Assembly: GCF_039541115.1 (NCBI RefSeq)
Contig: NZ_BAABFP010000002.1
Location: 124,001-188,000, forward strand
Direction: 5' to 3'
DNA: 64,000 nt
Origin: Angustibacter luteus
GTDB taxonomy: Bacteria; Actinomycetota; Actinomycetes; Actinomycetales; Angustibacteraceae
This document shows, in pieces, positions 63,147-64,000 of the stretch. Position 1 is the first letter of the stretch; the number at the start of each line of letters is the position of its first letter. The notes beneath the pieces were generated by a model. It was not told the DNA's origin. It searched no databases and was given only the letters and a program-made list of their open reading frames with translations. The translations under genes were made by a program, and so were the position numbers.

Positions 63147-64000
63147 CAGTCGCAGACGGCGCCGCGGGCCGCCGAGCCGACCAGCTTCGAGTACTTCGCC
63201 AGGACGCCGCGCTGGTGCTTGGGCGCCGGCGCGGACCAGCCCGTACGACGCTCCCCCATCTCGGCGTCGTCCACCAGCAGGTCCAGCGTGCCGGCGCTGA
63301 CGTCCAGGCGGATCCGGTCGCCGTCCCGGACGAACGCGATCGGTCCGCCGTCCACCGCCTCGGGTGCCACGTGCCCGACGCACAGCCCGGTCGTGCCGCC
63401 GCTGAACCGGCCGTCGGTGAGCAGCAGCACGTCCTTGCCCAGACCGGCGCCCTTGATCGCCCCGGTCACCGCGAGCATCTCGCGCATCCCCGGGCCGCCC
63501 TTCGGGCCCTCGTACCGGATGACGCACACGTCGCCTGCGGTGAGCGTGCCGTCGGACACGGCGTCCATCGCGGCCCGCTCGCCGTCGAAGACCCGCGCCG
63601 TGCCCTCGAAGACGTCCTCGTCGAAACCGGCCGACTTCACCACGGCGCCCTCGGGAGCCAGCGAACCCGCCAGGATCGTGATTCCGCCGGTGCGGTGGAT
63701 CGGCTCGGACATCGCCCGTAGCACCTTGCCGTCGACGTCCGGCGGCGCGATCTCGGCGAGGTTCTCGGCCATGGTGCGGCCGGTGACCGTCAGCACGTCC
63801 CCGTGCAGCAGGCCGGCGTCGAGCAGCGCCCGCATCACGACGGGCACGCCGCCGACGTGGTCGACGTCCTTCATCACGTACTGCCCGAACGGCTTCACGT
63901 TCGCCAGGTGCGGCACGCGGGCACCGATCCGGCGGAAGTCGTCCAGGGACAGGTCGACGTGCGCCTCGTGCGCGATCGCCAGCAGGTGCAGCACCGCGTT
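63146..64000 (-). CDS. ilvD: Dihydroxy-acid dehydratase, C-terminal part (start outside the window)
   Basis: [40 protein letters not shown]. Confidence 0.96.
   Translation of the reverse strand, partial: NAVLHLLAIAHEAHVDLSLDDFRRIGARVPHLANVKPFGQYVMKDVDHVGGVPVVMRALLDAGLLHGDVLTVTGRTMAENLAEIAPPDVDGKVLRAMSEPIHRTGGITILAGSLAPEGAVVKSAGFDEDVFEGTARVFDGERAAMDAVSDGTLTAGDVCVIRYEGPKGGPGMREMLAVTGAIKGAGLGKDVLLLTDGRFSGGTTGLCVGHVAPEAVDGGPIAFVRDGDRIRLDVSAGTLDLLVDDAEMGERRTGWSAPAPKHQRGVLAKYSKLVGSAARGAVCD

Overview
Very GC-rich actinobacterial chromosome segment; gene order resembles Streptomyces/Micrococcales/Kineosporiales (inferred). It is mostly conserved core genome on the minus strand: ilvD(partial)-ilvBNC ... 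leuB ... ilvE ... cimA ... gltX-tRNA(Gln,Glu) ... IclR(ndgR-like)/leuCD-hup ... cofC/plsC-gpsA ... ddl ... thiL/rpmB/DAK2-recG-rsmD-coaD-sepIVA-yceD-rpmF-rnc-mutM ... acyP-smc-ftsY-amtB-glnK-glnD(partial). Small accessory blocks are interspersed: (i) a translationally coupled operon of a Tat-signal microprotein, a signal-less DUF4331 protein and a small His-bearing protein, which is the best candidate for an undescribed system; (ii) a DUF6325-like gene plus an unannotated 54-aa basic peptide; (iii) a frameshifted DUF4188 gene, a MerR regulator and an MFS transporter; (iv) the rifampin ADP-ribosyltransferase arr; (v) a GlnA4-type gamma-glutamylation amine-catabolism cluster; (vi) a membrane GGDEF protein; (vii) a large secreted S8 protease and a micro-ORF between ilvC and leuB. 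Regulatory structure readable from the DNA includes GlnR-type boxes upstream of amtB, a recurring 15-bp palindrome at the branched-chain amino acid genes, two leader-peptide attenuators (cimA, ilvB), many leaderless promoters and several REP-like inverted repeats. No CRISPR array, integrase, transposase or rRNA was seen. Family names come from motif recognition only; no database search was run.
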